Assembly: GCA_013694645.1 (NCBI GenBank)
Contig: JACDBZ010000151.1
Coordinates: forward strand, 1 to 29,846
Origin: Chloroflexota bacterium
Lineage (GTDB): Bacteria > Chloroflexota > Limnocylindria > QHBO01
Length of the DNA stretch: 29,846 nt
Direction of reading: 5' to 3'
Shown here piece after piece: positions 29,270 to 29,846 of the stretch. The position numbers and the translations under genes are program-made. Each line of letters starts with the position of its first letter. Within the stretch, counting starts at the first letter, position 1. The notes beneath the pieces were generated by a model. That model was given only the letters and a program-made list of their open reading frames with translations. It had not been told where the DNA came from and searched no databases.

Positions 29270-29846
29270 GCGCCGGCGAGCGGTGGGGTGCGCGAGGCAC
29301 CTCTGCCCGAACGGGCGAGCAGCATCGGCACCGCAGTGACCGCCACCGCGGCCAGCAGGAGGTAGAGCGCGATGGGTGCCCGTGGCACGGAGTTGTTCCC
29401 GAACGGCGCATAGCCGGCATCGATTGCTGATGGCCTTCCAGCGCCGGATGCGTCGATCGCGAGATCGAAGTCGAGCTCGCCGGCATTCGACGACACCACG
29501 ATCTTGGTCAGCCACGCCGCGTCGGGGACCCACTCCATGCCGACGTCGGATCGCAGGTCGCTGAGAAGCGATTTGGTCGCTGACGCGCTGTGGTCGAGGA
29601 TGAGCCCCTCGCCCTCAGCAAAGGCACCGGCATTGGGCAGCAGGGCGGGCTCGCTGTCGGTCAACAGGTAGACATCGGCCTCGACGAGCTCGCCGGGCGC
29701 CTTGCCGAGGCCCAGGATTCGCAATGGCACCCACGGGTTGTCGGTCGGGATGGTGAGGTGGACCGGGGTCCCGTCGCCGAGCGCCTGCCCGCGAGCCGCG
29801 GCCGCATCGGCGTCGAAGGCCGCCGCCATGAAGATCGGGCTGCGGT
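29266..29846 (-). CDS. C-terminal part of an exported, membrane-anchored protein (possibly DUF2330-like)
   Basis: Frame stays open to the window edge. GDGTPVHLTIPTDNPWVPLRILGLGK...ADVYLLTD, then a TM followed by RSGRG. Family from recall only. Confidence 0.6.
   Translation of the reverse strand, partial: RSPIFMAAAFDADAAAARGQALGDGTPVHLTIPTDNPWVPLRILGLGKAPGELVEADVYLLTDSEPALLPNAGAFAEGEGLILDHSASATKSLLSDLRSDVGMEWVPDAAWLTKIVVSSNAGELDFDLAIDASGAGRPSAIDAGYAPFGNNSVPRAPIALYLLLAAVAVTAVPMLLARSGRGASRTPPLAGA

Overview
High-GC chromosomal window with no rRNA, tRNA, IS element, prophage or CRISPR array seen. A Chloroflexota-like origin is an inference from gene content only. Left to right: 5' end of lepA, a VanW-family envelope protein, rpsT (S20) with a long basic tail, a minus-strand run ROK kinase-gap-pgk-eno-methyltransferase, a small CxxC/CxxC protein (DUF5679-like), a uridine phosphorylase-like enzyme, a large lamin-tail/OB-fold surface protein, and an unknown membrane protein. 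The centre is a divergon: carA-carB on the minus strand and a coupled argH-C-J-B-R-G-(argA-like GNAT)-D-F operon on the plus strand. The right end has a DUF4349 lipoprotein, a VIT1/CCC1 transporter, two paralogous small membrane proteins, a cupredoxin lipoprotein and a truncated exported protein. Most notable: CarB lacks its C-terminal allosteric (MGS-like) domain, while the 130-bp carA/argH intergenic region carries both a tandem ARG box and a PyrR-type RNA hairpin that sequesters the carA Shine-Dalgarno. This suggests arginine/pyrimidine control has moved from the enzyme to DNA and RNA. Also notable are a ~180-nt structured RNA candidate after carB, a triple 11-bp-period direct repeat, and recurrent TANNNT boxes 6-9 nt before start codons.
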